A DNA stretch of 64,000 nucleotides from Octopus sinensis. Lineage: Eukaryota. The notes beneath the pieces are model-generated. The model saw nothing but the letters and a program-made list of their open reading frames with translations. It was not told where the DNA came from and searched no databases. The stretch's first letter is position 1. Every line of letters begins with the position of its first letter. The position numbers and the translations under genes are program-made. This document shows positions 39,076-52,351 of this stretch, in pieces. The DNA is taken from the NCBI RefSeq assembly GCF_006345805.1, contig NC_043019.1:4711360-4775359 (forward strand). The letters run 5' to 3'.

Positions 39076-39436
39076 CATATTATCTAGTAAGTCTTTACGT
39101 TTTGAGTTCAAATTCCGCCGGGGTAGTCTTCGAAAGGATGAAAGGCAAAGTCGACCTTGGAGGAATTTGAACTCAGAACGGAGCAACGTTCACTCGGTGA
39201 ACTGTCTGGATCATTAGAATGTCGGATAAAGAAGCTTTGGCTCCAGGCTTCGAAGGAGGTGTGTGAGTGTGTGTGTGTGTATGTGTATAATAATAATAAT
39301 AATAATAATAAACAATAATAATAACAGTAATAATGAAACGTCTAATATATTAATGTCGAGTAGTGTTATTTAGGTTAATTGGGTCGAATCATTAACGTTT
39401 AATTATAACTGTAATGATGATGATGATGGTGATGAT

Positions 39437-40378
39437 AAGGCGGCGAGCTGGCAGAAACGTTAGCGCGCCGGCCGAAATGCTTAGCGGTATTTCGTCTGCC
39501 GTTACGTTCTGAGTTCAAATTCCGCCGAGGTCGACTTTGCCTTTCATCCTTTCGGGGTCGATAAAAAAGGTACCAGTTTCGCACTGGGGTCGATGTAATC
39601 GACTTAATCCGTTTGTCTGTTCTTGTTTGTCCCCTCTGTGTTTCGCCCCTTGTGGGTAGTAAAGAAATGTATAACTGTAATGAACGACAACCATAACAAC
39701 AAAAAAAAAAAAAACACAGAAAAAGAAAAGAAGACCCCATGATGTTCAAAGAAGCTCCTTTCAGACATACGCTTAAATTCGAAGCCTGGATCCCAAAGCA
39801 TCTTTATCCGATATTTTAATGATCCAGACAGTTCACCGAGTGGCATTGAAAATAAAAGTACAAGTCAAAACACGAATTGTCTTATATGGTGTGTCTGTGT
39901 GTGGTGGAGGTGTATTTTAACTCACTCTTTGTTCAGTCTTCAAATATGTCTCCCTCCTGAAGGCGGCGAGCTGGCAGAAACGTTAGCACGCCGGGCGAAA
40001 TGCTAAGCGGTATTTCGTCTGCCGCTACGTTCTGAGTTCAAATTCCGCCGAGGTCGACTTTGCCTTTCAACCTTTCGAGGTCGATTAAATAAGTACCAGT
40101 TATGCACTGGGGGTCGATGTAATCGACGTAATCCGTTTGTCTGTCCTTGTTTGTTCTCTCTGTTTTTAGCCCCTTGTGGGTAGTATAGAAATAGATATTT
40201 CGTCTGCCGCTACGTTCTGAGTTCAAATTCCGCCGAGGTCGACTTTGCCTTTCATCCTTTCGGGGTCGATTAAATAAGTACCAGTTGCGCACTGGGGTCG
40301 ATGTAATCGACTTAATCCGTTTGTCTATCCTTGTTTGTCCCCTCTGTGTTTAGCCCCCTGTGGGTAGTAAAGAAATAT
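39437..40378 (+). mobile_element. SINE family B monomer (39437-39667) and dimer (39962-40378)
   Basis: Match to family B. Confidence 0.9.
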
Positions 40379-40838
40379 ATATCTCCCTCCTGTCTGCGAG
40401 AGAAATTATCATTGCTATTAAGATATTATTGGCAGTATGAATACAGCGTTATGTTAATTTACTCGGATTTTCCAAATTAAAGCTTGCTATAGTGTGAGTG
40501 ACTTCCAGTGTAGCATCACTAAGACAATTCCAGTCATAAATAAGTTATGACAGGAATGCGATGTCATATTTTAATGATCTTACCATTCTGTTATATCTTT
40601 TGCAAGAGCACAGCATATAGGAATATAAATTATCCATTTGGGCGTTGGCTTGAACATCGGCTCACAAAATATTCATGTTTAGATGCATGAATGTATGCCG
40701 TATATACACACGTACATACACACAAATGTACGCATACACACACATACTCATATACAATTATGTATTTATAATTTTCACCTTAAAAAGGTATTTTTCATAT
40801 GCTTGCCGCTGATAAAATGTTTTAATAAAATTTTCTCC

Positions 40839-40888
<50 letters not shown>

Positions 40889-41226
40889 ATATATATATAT
40901 ATATATATATACAGGATTGGCCAAAAGTCACCTGACAGCAAATCAAAACCCATTTAATTCCAAGATTTAAAACAAAAAATTATTTCATATGAGACTTCGC
41001 TTAAAAAAAACATAGACAAATGCTGACCCCCCCACCCGCGATTTTAACTCACAGGATTCAATTAAACAAACATTCATAATTGGAATGAATAAATAATAAA
41101 TAATTAATATCAAGCAATTAAGGAGCACATTTAAATAATATCAAGTAATTATGGAAGTTTGATTTACTGTCGAGTGACTTTTGGCCAACCCTAGATATAC
41201 GTAGATTCACAGTATATGCATGCATG

Positions 41227-41287
<61 letters not shown>

Positions 41288-41316
41288 TAATATATATATA
41301 TATATATATATACATA

Positions 41317-41530
41317 GTTAATCCAAACAAGAAAACACAAAGAGAAAACCACAACGCGAGGACGTGGAACAAATATAGTATTATTGGACGCTAGGAAGGA
41401 GGGAAGAAGGAGGGTTTTAACGTTTCGAGCGGAGCTCTTCGTCGGAAACATTGGAGAAGGGAGAAGGAAAGACGATCCAGAGAAGAAGAAGACAGAGGAA
41501 AAAAAATCGCCAACGGTACACACGAGGTCA
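41317..41530 (-). mobile_element. ~215-bp hammerhead-carrying repeat, copy 2 (motif at 41414-41450)
   Basis: Homology to 795-1010; same CCGACGA core. Confidence 0.75.
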
Positions 41531-41569
41531 CACACACACACACACACCACACACACACATATAATATAT

Positions 41570-41613
<44 letters not shown>

Positions 41614-41734
41614 AATGAGATAGTGGTGTATTAAAGTATTGATTGGGTATCATCTGATAGTTGATGTTTTATTGATTTAAGTATGTTTCTCCATTCTCTA
41701 ATTTTGTAGTTATATATATATATATATATATATA

Positions 41735-41777
<43 letters not shown>

Positions 41778-42188
41778 GGTGTGTGTGTCTCTGTGTGTGT
41801 GTGTGTATAAATATATAGGTAGTGGGGCTCTGAAAGAGGTCTCAGGGAGTAGGGTCCCTGCCTTCCAGAGCTAGTTTTCCACCACATTTCTTAATAATCA
41901 TGGTAAAGGGCTTGGTCTCGGGAAACTGAGGTGTCTAGAAACTGAGGTTGGAGGTAAGCATTGTTATTAGTAAGGCGTCGAGCTAGCAGAATCGTTAGCA
42001 GGCCGAGCAAAATGCTTAGCGGCATTTCGTCCGTTTATACGTTCTGAGTTCAAATTTTGCCGAGGTAGACTTTGCCTTTCATCCTTTCGGGGTCGATAAA
42101 TTGAGTACCAGTGAAACACGGGGGTCAACGTAATCGATTAGTCCCCCACCACCAAAAAGTTTGAGGCCTTGTGCCTCCAGTAGAAACG

Positions 42189-42233
<45 letters not shown>

Positions 42234-42316
42234 GACGGCGAGCTGCAACTTAATCCCTTTGTCTGTCCTTGTTTGTCCCCTCTGTGTTTAGCCCCTTGTG
42301 GGCAGTAAAGAAATTA

Positions 42317-42356
<40 letters not shown>

Positions 42357-42528
42357 GTTGTTGTTGTTGTTGTAGTTGTGGGTAACTTCATGCGTGCCAA
42401 AATCTGTGTTCGCGTGATAAGTGCACAGAAATATATATATACGTGCGTGACTGTTACGAACTTGTTGATAAGTCTTTGACAAGTGCGCGCATGAGCGCAC
42501 GTAAACAAACTAGTTAGCTTCTTTACAC

Positions 42529-42576
<48 letters not shown>

Positions 42577-42905
42577 TCAAAACTTCATGCTGAAGTCAAG
42601 TAACGATTTGCTGGGAATCTCCGATATGAAATGCTTCCTGGAGACGACCAGTCTGCTCTGGCCTGTGTCTGTGATTGCTGTTCGTCATTGTCTTGACAAG
42701 CTGGGGGGTAGAGCTGGTCTATTAGTCACGAGGTGGGAGACAAATAGTCTTGATTGGTCGATTACACATAAAAAAATAAAAAATAAAAAAAAAAAAACCC
42801 CGTTCCCATTCTAGAACCAAATAACAAAAAGAAACATTAAAAGCCGAGGTCCACGGTATATAACTGAAAAGTGGTTCGCGGGTTGTGAGTTCAGATTTCA
42901 AATTA

Positions 42906-44284
42906 TTTGGTTGCCAAGAAAGTTCTTGCGGTTTTAACCTTTAAATTCAGATGTACATATCTCGGCTAAAAAAAAAACTTTATTAATCTAGACGTACAAA
43001 GAATAAGTCCTGGGGTCGATTTGCTCGATTAAAGGCGGTGCTCCAGCATGGCCACTGTCAAATGCCTGAAACAAGTAAAAGAGTAATCGAAATAAACACC
43101 ATCAGAATCAACACACTTTTGCCAAAGCGAAACAAGTTTATTTATGCGAGTAGCGTAAAAATCCTGCGTTCTGGTGGCGATGATGTCGTTGAATGTGTGT
43201 TTGGCATTGTCTTGGTTTTTGAAGCATTTCTCACGCAGGAAGTTGTCGAGATGCTTCAAAAATTGGTAGTCGGTAGGCGAGAACTCTGGTGAGTATGGCG
43301 GATGAGGCAGAAGCAGTTTCCTAGCCCAATTCATTCAACTTCTGCAGGGTCAATTATGCGATGTGCGGCCGAACGTCGTCGTGGAGAAGAATTGGTCCTT
43401 TTCTATTGACCAATGCTAGCTGTTGTTGTCGGAGTTTCTTATGCATTTCATCCATTTGCTGACAGTACTTCTCCACCGTAATGGTTTCGTCTGGATCCAA
43501 AAAGCTATGATGGATGAGACTGGCCGCAGACCACCAAACAGTCACCATGACCTTCTTTTGGTACAATTTTGGCTGCGGGAAGTGCCGTGGAGCTTCGTCG
43601 GCGTCCAACCACTGAGCTGAGCGTCACCGGTTGTCGTAAAGAATCCACTTTTCATCGTAAGTCACAATCCGGTCGAGAAACGGATCGTTCTTATTGCGTA
43701 AAAGAAGGGAAGACGACACTTCAAAACGGCGTTTTTTTTTGGGTTGTCGTTGAATTCGTGCGGCACCCATTTCTCAAGTATTTTTGATTTTCCAATCTCT
43801 TTCAAATGATTGGAAATTGTCGTAAACGTTACGTCTAATTCAGAAGCAAGCTCTCGAACAGTTGTGAGTGGATTGGCTTCGGCTAAGGCTCTTAGTTGAT
43901 CGTTGTCAACATCCGACGGCCGACCACTACGCTTATCATCTTCAAGACTCTCGTCACCGCTACGAAATTTCTTGAACCACCATTGCGGATGTTCCTGGGC
44001 CAAATGCATCGTTGATATCGAGAGCTGTTTCAGCAGCTTTTCAGCCTATCTTGAACTGGAATAAGAAAATTGTGCGAATTAGCTTTTTGTCCATGTTGTA
44101 TTCAACATTCCGGAAAAAAAGGCCTAATTATTCAAAAAGAAAAAGAGTAACACAATTAGATAGAGCGTAAATCGGTCTTTAAAATGATATATGAACTCAA
44201 AGTAATTTAATGAAGATTAATTTGAAAATACAAAATTTAAAACCAAATTTTAAAAATTCCACAAGAACTTTCTTGACAACCTAA
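42906..44284 (-). mobile_element. Near full-length mariner (cecropia/Hsmar1-like)
   Basis: TIRs TT(T/A)GGTTG(C/T)CAAGAAAGTTCTTG, TA TSDs; a SINE A tail fragment is inserted at about 42993-43083. Confidence 0.92.
43085..44094 (-). pseudogene. Mariner D,D34D transposase with frameshifts and stops
   Basis: MDKKLIRTIFLFQFK, WFKKFRSGDESLED, WVPHE, DEKW, PILLHD, PPYSP.FSPTDY motifs. Confidence 0.93.
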
Positions 44285-44369
44285 TATTTGTTAGGCTTCC
44301 TGTTATATAATTTGCTCTCTTTGGTCACAAACAACACACAACAATAATCTCGAAAGATGCTACAAAAGT

Positions 44370-44940
44370 TAAGTACGCCTTGCACTCGACTTGTTATTAT
44401 TTCATCGACTCTGAGAGGATGAAAACCAAAGTCAGCCTCAGCGAAATTTGAACTTAGAACATCAAGTTGGACGAAATACCTATTTCTTTACTGCCCACAA
44501 GGGGATAAACACAGAGAGGACAAATAAGGACAGACAAATGGATTAAGTCGATTACATCGACCCCAGTGCGTAACTGGTCCTTAATTTATCGACCCTGAAA
44601 GGATGAAAAGCAAAGTCGACCTCGGCGGAATTTGAACTCAGAACGTAGCGGCAGACGAAATACCGCCAAGCATTTCGCCTGGCGTGCTAACAATCCCGGC
44701 AGCTCAAAGCCTTAAATTAATTAACAATTATTGATTTCAAATTTTGGCACAAGGCCAGCAATTTTGAGGTAGGGGTTAAGTCGATTACATCGACCCCAGC
44801 GTTCAACTCGTGCATATTTTATCAGCTCCAAAAGGTTGTAAGACAAAATCGACCTCGGTGGAATTTAAACTCAGCATGTAAAGACGGACGAAATGTTGCT
44901 AAGCATTTTGACCGGCGTGCTAACGATTGTGCCAGCTCAT
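44370..44940 (-). mobile_element. SINE family B cluster
   Basis: Dimer plus diverged copies. Confidence 0.8.
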
Positions 44941-45329
44941 GGTCCCAGATTCTGGCACTGCGCCAGCAATTTTTTCAGGGTTCAAGGAAGTCTTTTACAT
45001 CGGCCCCAGTGTTCGACTGGTACAATATTTTATCGAACCTGAAGTGATCTCTGCGGATTTTGAATTCAGAACGTAAAGGGGTGGAAGAAATGCCACTAAG
45101 GAATTTGTTCAACGCGTCATCTTTTCTGCCATCTGGAACAAATAAAAAAAAAGCTCGAAAGGAATTACTCGATCTGATGGGCCCCAGTGCTTAATAAATA
45201 CTTCATTTCATCGATCTTGAAAGAATGAAAGGAGAAGATTACCGCGGTGTGATTTGAACACGGAACACGAAACTGCAGTTTCTTGGCACAAGTTTCATCA
45301 CTGATACTCGTCTGTATGCATGTATGGGT

Positions 45330-45945
45330 GTGAATGTATGTATGAAAGTGTTTATGTGTGTGTGTTAGAGAAAGAGAGAGAGAGAGAGAGAGAATTTGAG
45401 CGCGTGTGTTAGTGTGTACGCGCGCGCGCGTGTGTGTGTGTGTGTGTGTTAGTACGTATGTTTGTGAATGTATATATGAGTGCATGTGTGTGTTAGTGTG
45501 TACGTGTGTGAATGTATGAATGATAGTGTATGTATATGCGTGTGACAGTGAGAATCTGAGAGCGTGTGTCAATGTGTAGGCGCGCGCGTGTATATGTGTG
45601 TGTGAGAGAGAGAGAAAATCTGTGTGAGTGTGTACGTGAGTGTGCATGTATGTGTGTAAAGGTGTGTGTGGGCTTGTATGCGAGTGCATGCATGTGTGTA
45701 CGAGTGTGTGTGTGTGTTATGTGAATGCTTGTATAAGAGTGTGAGAGTGTGTGTGTGTATAAGTGTGTGAGAGAATGTTAGTGTGAGTCTGTGTGTGTTA
45801 GGGCATTTAACTGTGTGAGAGTGTGCGTGAATGTACTTAAGAATGTGTGTGTGTGTGCGTGTGTGTGTGCCTGTGTGTGTGTGTGTGTGTGTGTGTGAAA
45901 GTGTGTGAGAGTGTGTGAGAGTGTGCGTTAGCGTGTGTGCGCCTG
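45330..45945. repeat. Degenerate (TG)n-rich tract
   Basis: Direct reading. Confidence 0.95.
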
Positions 45946-46088
45946 CGACAGCATCTATCTGCATGAGTTGTACTTTATCTTAGCGACCCTGCGGAGATTT
46001 AACCAAATAATTCGTCCCCTAATTTTTAGCGGATAAAATTTTGTCATCGGGAAGGAGCTTAAGCGGGGTCACTTGATTTGCCATAAAT

Positions 46089-46251
46089 AGCAGGAGTGGC
46101 TGTGTGGTAAGTAGCTTGCTGACCAACCACATGGTACCGGGTTCAGTCCCACTGCGTGGTACTTTGTGCAAGTGTCTTCTGCTATAGCCTCGGGCCGACC
46201 GATGCCTTGTGAGTGGATTTGGTAGACGGAAACTGGAAGAAGCCCGTCGTA

Positions 46252-46302
<51 letters not shown>

Positions 46303-46531
46303 ATGTTTGTGTGTCTGTGTTTGTAACCCCCCCCCACCAACATCGCTTGACAACCGATGTTGGTGTGTTTACGTCCCCGTAACTTAGCGGTTCAGCAAAA
46401 GAGAGACCGATAGAATAAGTACTGGGCTTACAAAGAATAAGTCGTGGGGTCGATTTGCTCGACTAAAGGCGGTGCTCCAGCATGGCCGCAGTCAAATGAC
46501 TGAAACAAGTAGGAGTACAAGAGTAAGAGTA
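46089..46531 (+). mobile_element. SINE family A
   Basis: Full-length copy. Confidence 0.9.
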
Positions 46532-46989
46532 AAAGACGCTTGTATAATGTGGCCTTCAGTTCCCTGCATATTTAAAAATCAGACAGGTTAGTCACGGCTG
46601 GAATTCATTTGATCACAATTCAAGCATCAGAAGTAATGGGCTCCGTATCTCGATTTGTCATAAATAGCAACCAAATCTCGCTTAAATCATTTTCTGCTGT
46701 CGTATAAAACGAAAAACACATTGGATAATGTAATCTTGGCTACAATATAGCTTTAAATTTGATGGAGTGGCCATAGGTGGAGCGTGGTGGTAATCAACAT
46801 CTTCAAAAACACGCTGAGATTATTTTAAGCATCGATGCACTTTGAATTTGGCGATCACTGCGCCTTAGTTTACACGAGTTATTTCTCTTGAAATCTTGAA
46901 AGTTACAATGAGTTATCTCCCCTGGAACATTAGGTTGTGTGACGTCGTTTACTTTAGTGTATGGCCAGTCCACATAAAGATCTTGTATA

Positions 46990-47590
46990 TATTTCTTTAC
47001 TGCCCACAAGGGGTTAGACATAGAGAGGACATACAAGGAGAGACAACGGGATTAAGACGATTACATCGATCCCAGTGCAAAACTGGTACTTTATTTAATC
47101 GACGCCGAAAGAATGAAAGGCAAAGTCGACCTCGGCGGAATTTGAACTCAGAACGTGACGAGAGACGAAATACCTATTTCTTTAATGCCCACAAGGGGCT
47201 AAACATAGAGGGGATAAACAAGGACAGACAAAGGAATTAAGTCGATTACATCGATCCCAGTACAAAACTGGTTCTTTATTTATCGACCTCAAAAGAATGA
47301 AAACCAAAGTCGACCTCGGCAAAATTTGAACTCGGAACGTAACGAGAGACGAAATACCTATTTCTTTACTGCCCACAAGGGGCTAAACACAGAGAGGACA
47401 AACAAGGTCAGACAACCGGATTCAGTCGATTACATCGACCCCAGTGCGTAACTGGTACTTACTTTATCGACCCCGAAAGGATGAAAGGCAAAGTCGACCT
47501 CGGCAGAATTTGAACTCAGAACGTAGCGGCAGACGAAATACCGCTAAGCATTTAGCCCGGCGTGCTAACGTTTCTGCCAGTTCGCCGCCT
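46990..47590 (-). mobile_element. SINE family B trimer
   Basis: Two fixed junctions. Confidence 0.9.
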
Positions 47591-48584
47591 CAGATCTAGT
47601 ATAGTATCCTCAGAATATCATCGTATATACAGGCGCAGGAATGGCTCTGTGATAAGAAGTTTGCTTTCCATGGTCCCGGGTTCAGACCCACTGCATGGGA
47701 AAGTATTTTCTACTATGGTCGTGGGCCAACCATAGTTTCGAGAGGGGATTTGGTAGACAGAAACTGACAGAAGCTCGTCCGTTTGTCCCTACCACCACCA
47801 CCACCGCTTGACAACTGGTGCTAGTTTGCTTACATCCCTGTAACTTAGCGGTTCACCATAAGAGAACGATAGAATAAGCACTAAGCTTTAAAACAAAAAG
47901 TAATTGCGGTTGGGGTTTCGATTCATTCAACTAAAATATTCTTTAATATTCTAAGTGGGCTACAATCTGCTGCGACGATTCTCTCTGAGCGGGCGACAAT
48001 CTGTTGCGACTCACAGACATGAATAGGACAGAGAGTCATGTTTATGTCTGCGAACATGACTCAGAGTCGCTATGTGTGTCCCCTCTGTGTTTAGCTCCTT
48101 GTGGGTAGTATAGAAATAGAAATAGGTTTTTCGTTCGTCTTTATATTCTGAGTTCAAATTGCGCCGCGGTCGACCTTGCCTTTCATTCATTCAGGGTCGA
48201 TAAAAATAACTACCAGTCGAGCACCGGGGTCGCTGTGATCAACTTATCCCCACCCCGGGAATTGCTAGTCTTGTTCTTCAATTTGAAACCAATAATTAAT
48301 GATTCCTACTCTAAGTAAAAGATCATAAATTTGTGGGAGAAGAAAATCGTTGATTTACACCGGTCTCAGTTGTAACCGGTGTTTTATTTTATTCACCCGA
48401 GAAAGAGAAAAGCAAATTTAGCCGCGTCGGGAGAGACACTCAGAACATAAAAATTCACATCTATTTCTAGTAGGTGGAGCAACCACCTAGAGGCAGTCTT
48501 AGAAAACGTACAGACAAAAAGAAATACTAATTGACATAATTTCCATCAAATTGCATTTTACCTACCATTTTACGCATACTATGT

Positions 48585-49110
48585 TTAGCCCCTTGAGGGC
48601 AATAAAGAATTAAGAAACGTTAGCACACCGGGCGAAATGCTTAGTGGTATTTCGTCTGCCGCTGCGTTCTGAGTTCAAAATCCGCCGAGGTCGACTCTGC
48701 CTTTCATCCTTTCGGGGTCGATTAAATAAGTACCAGTTACACACTGGGGTCGAGGTAATCGACGTAATCCGTTTGTCTGTCTTTGTATGTCCTCTCTGTG
48801 GGTAGTAAAGAAATAGGTATTTCGTCTGCCGCTACGTTCTGAGTTCAAATTCCGCCGAGGTCCACTTTGCCTTTCATCCTTTCGGGGGTCGATTAAATAA
48901 GTACCAGTTACGCACTGGGGTCGAAGTAATCGACTTAATCCGTTTGTCTGTCCTTGTTTGTCCTATCTGTGTTTAGCCCCTTGAGGGTAGTAAAGCAATA
49001 GGTATTTCGTCTGCCGTTACGTTCTGAGTTCAAATTCCGCCGAGGTCGACTTTGCCATACACCCTTTCGGCGTCGATAAATGAAGTACCAGTTACGCACT
49101 GGGGTCTCTG
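48585..49110 (+). mobile_element. SINE family B trimer
   Basis: Two fixed junctions. Confidence 0.88.
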
Positions 49111-49498
49111 TAATCGACTCTTTCCTCCTGCATCTTGCAGTTCACCTGCGATGGACCGGCGTTCTGTCCAGGTGGGGAACCTATACGCCAAGGAAACCAA
49201 GAAACCATGATAATTTCCATGATAATTTTCGCCACAAATGAAGTCATTTGAAAAGCACAATTATATTACTCTTTTACTTGTTTCAGTCATTTGACTGCGG
49301 CCATGCTGGAGCACCGCCTTTAGTCGAGCAAATCGACCCCGGACTTATTCTTTTTTGTAAGCCCAGTACTTATTCTATCGGTCTCTTTTGCCGAACCGCT
49401 AAGTGACGGTGGACGTAAACACACCAGCATCGGTTGTCAAGCAATGCTAGGGGGACAAACACAAACACGCAAACATACACACACACACATACATATAT

Positions 49499-49533
<35 letters not shown>

Positions 49534-50125
49534 CATATACGACAGGCTTCTTTCAGTTTCCGTCTACCAAATCCACTCACAAGGCATTGGTCGGCCCGGG
49601 GCTATAGTAGAAGACACTTGCCAAAGATACCACGCAGTGGGACTGAACCCGGAACCATGTGGTTGGTAAACAAGCTACTTACCACACAGCCACTCCTTCG
49701 CCTTAGTTATAATAACAAATATAATATTACTTCCTTCAAATTCCATGTTGGATATACATTTTTCCTGCTTAGTTAAGGAAGAAAAGACAGCACCTTTGGT
49801 CCTTTGTTTATTCAGGGCCTCCAAGACTAGCGGAATGAAAAAAAGGTGTCTATCCCCTTGCCTGAAACCTGACAGAATAATATCCGCCAGAATGGTACCC
49901 AAGGACCAAGTATTGGTTTTAAACTGGATGATGATGAAGTCAGCCACCTAAAATTGGTCGACAGATTAACCTACCGTCCTGAATGAAAAATAGTTTTCAA
50001 CATAAAATTAAGAAATTAGGAATCGGGAATCATAACAAGGACACATATTCATTCTTAAAACGTTCCCGTTTTGTCATCGGAGGAATTTGTGCTCATAACA
50101 CACTCGATTCATTACGGAAAGGAGA

Positions 50126-50174
50126 CTTTGGAACACCAAGTGTTTCGATATTGTTGTGCCTCCTCAGCCTAAAG
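50126..50174 (-). ncRNA. Hammerhead-like motif, left arm copy
   Basis: Reverse complement of 51152-51200. Confidence 0.5.
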
Positions 50175-50732
50175 CTACCTCGCACTAATGAATCAAGCAA
50201 GAAGAACAAGGATTTTGTTATGAACACACATTCATCTTAAAGGGGAAATTGTTTTCCGATGAGGAAATACAACAGGGATTTGGATATTTATGCGCAAATC
50301 TAAACGAATATGATATCATTGCTCTAATTCTTGCTGTCCACACTGCATATGATTTATCATCGGTAGCGGGTATCAATATGCATCAGTAAATCCGTTTGCT
50401 GATCTTAAAAACAAAAACCAAAAACTTTCGTTAGGTTCATTGGTAGAGGAAAGCTTTGGCTGAAGAGAAATAGGGTGTGTCAAAGTCCCATTACACTTAT
50501 GAATTAATTGAGTGTGATACGAACACAGATTCGTCCAAAATGAGACTTTGTTCTTCAATAACAAAATAGAACAGTGATTAGCATAATCACGTCCAAATCT
50601 GCGGGATCGTATTAAGAATGAATGTGTATGCTATCGCAAAATAACATTATTTAATAAAATATAATAATAAAACATTCTTATTTGTATATTTATAATAGAT
50701 AGATTGATAGAGAGACAGACAGACAGACAGAC

Positions 50733-50806
<74 letters not shown>

Positions 50807-51151
50807 CAAGGTCTGCTCGCCTAGCCAGCGGTATACCATCATTCGAAAGCTAAAACAATGCAAAACGCATTGCGACCAGCAATGTATAGCAACATATGTA
50901 TGTATGTATGTATGTGCGTGTATGTATCTATGTATGTACATATATACACATACATATTTGCTTGTTCTTTCTCAAGCCATGCCCGGCTCATAAGGGCATT
51001 AGAGCAATGATATCATATTCGTTTAGATTTGCGCATAAATATCCAAATCCCTGTTGTATTTCCTCATCGGAAAACAATTTCCCCTTTAAGATGAATGTGT
51101 GTTCATAACAAAATCCTTGTTCTTCTTGCTTGATTCATTAGTGCGAGGTAG

Positions 51152-51200
51152 CTTTAGGCTGAGGAGGCACAACAATATCGAAACACTTGGTGTTCCAAAG
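51152..51200 (+). ncRNA. Hammerhead-like motif with a minimal stem II
   Basis: CTTTAGG CTGAGGA GGCACAACAATATC GAAAC AC-TTG-GT GTT CCAAAG. Confidence 0.5.
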
Positions 51201-51374
51201 TCTCCATTCCGTAATGAATCGAGTGTGTTATGAGCACAAATTCCTCCGATGACAAAACGGGAACGTTTTAAGAATGAATATGTGTCCTTGTTATGATTCC
51301 CGATTCCTAATTTCTTAATTTTATGTTGAAAACTATTTTTCATTCAGGACGGTAGGTTAATCTGCCGACCAATT

Positions 51375-51600
51375 TTAGGTGGCTGACTTCATCATCATCC
51401 AGTTTAAAACCAATACTTGGTCCTTGGGTACCATTCTGGCGGATATTATTCTGTCAGGTTTCAGGCAAGGGGATAGACACCTTTTTTTCATTCCGCTAGT
51501 CTTGGAGGCCCTGAATAAACAAAGGACCAAAGGTGCTGTCTTTTCTTCCTTAACTAAGCAGGAAAAATGTATATCCAACATGGAATTTGAAGGAAGTAAT
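51375..51600 (+). pseudogene. Possible LINE reverse-transcriptase fragment (mirrored at about 49725-49950)
   Basis: SGFRQGDRHLFFIPLVLEAL resembles the RT motif GxRQGDPLSPxLFxLVxE; the match is weak. Confidence 0.4.
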
Positions 51601-52351
51601 ATTATATTTGTTATTATAACTAAGGCGAAGGAGTGGCTGTGTGGTAAGTAGCTTGTTTACCAACCACATGGTTCCGGGTTCAGTCCCACTGCGTGGTATC
51701 TTTGGCAAGTGACTTCTACTATAGCCCCGGGCCGACCAATGCCTTGTGAGTGGATTTGGTAGACGGAAACTGAAAGAAGCTTGTCGTATATGTGTGTATA
51801 TATATATATATATGTATATATGTATATATATGTATGTGTGTGTGTGTATGTTTGTGTGTTTGTGTTTGTCCCCCTAGCATTGCTTGACAACCGATGCTGG
51901 TGTGTTTACGTCCCCGTCACTTAGTGGTTCGGCAAAAGAGACCGATAGAATAAGTACTGGGCTTACAAAAAAGAATAAGTCCGGGGTCGATTTGCTCGAC
52001 TAAAGGCGGTCTCTAGCATGGCCGCAGTCAAATGACTGAAACAAGTAAAAGAGTAATATAATTGTGCTTTTCAAATGACTTCATTTGTGGCGAAAATTAT
52101 CATGGAAAGTGGGTTTATGCCGATTTGTAAAGTGCAAGGACAAATTTATCACAAAAATTGCTCTCTTAAGCCTTTACAGAATAAAGAAGCGTTCATGGTA
52201 AATATTTAATTCGGTGTTTTATCATTTCTACTAATTCATTATTTTTAAAGGTAGAAATATTAAATAACCAGAGAGTTTCCCTGTCGTACGAGGGACAAAG
52301 TTGGAAATATATTATTGTCAGGGCGGCTAATATCAGCTTATGTTACATACT

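Larger units (their letters stand above)
49214..52108. repeat. 1.1-kb inverted duplication (49214-50328 and 50998-52108) with a 669-bp spacer
   Basis: The arms are near-identical reverse complements and give mirrored ORFs in the track; each arm holds a SINE A copy (49268-49697, 51625-52054). Confidence 0.93.

Noticed and set aside
51243-51275. CCGATGA...GGAACGTT second motif in the inverted arms
   Set aside because: GAAA is broken and there is no stem I.
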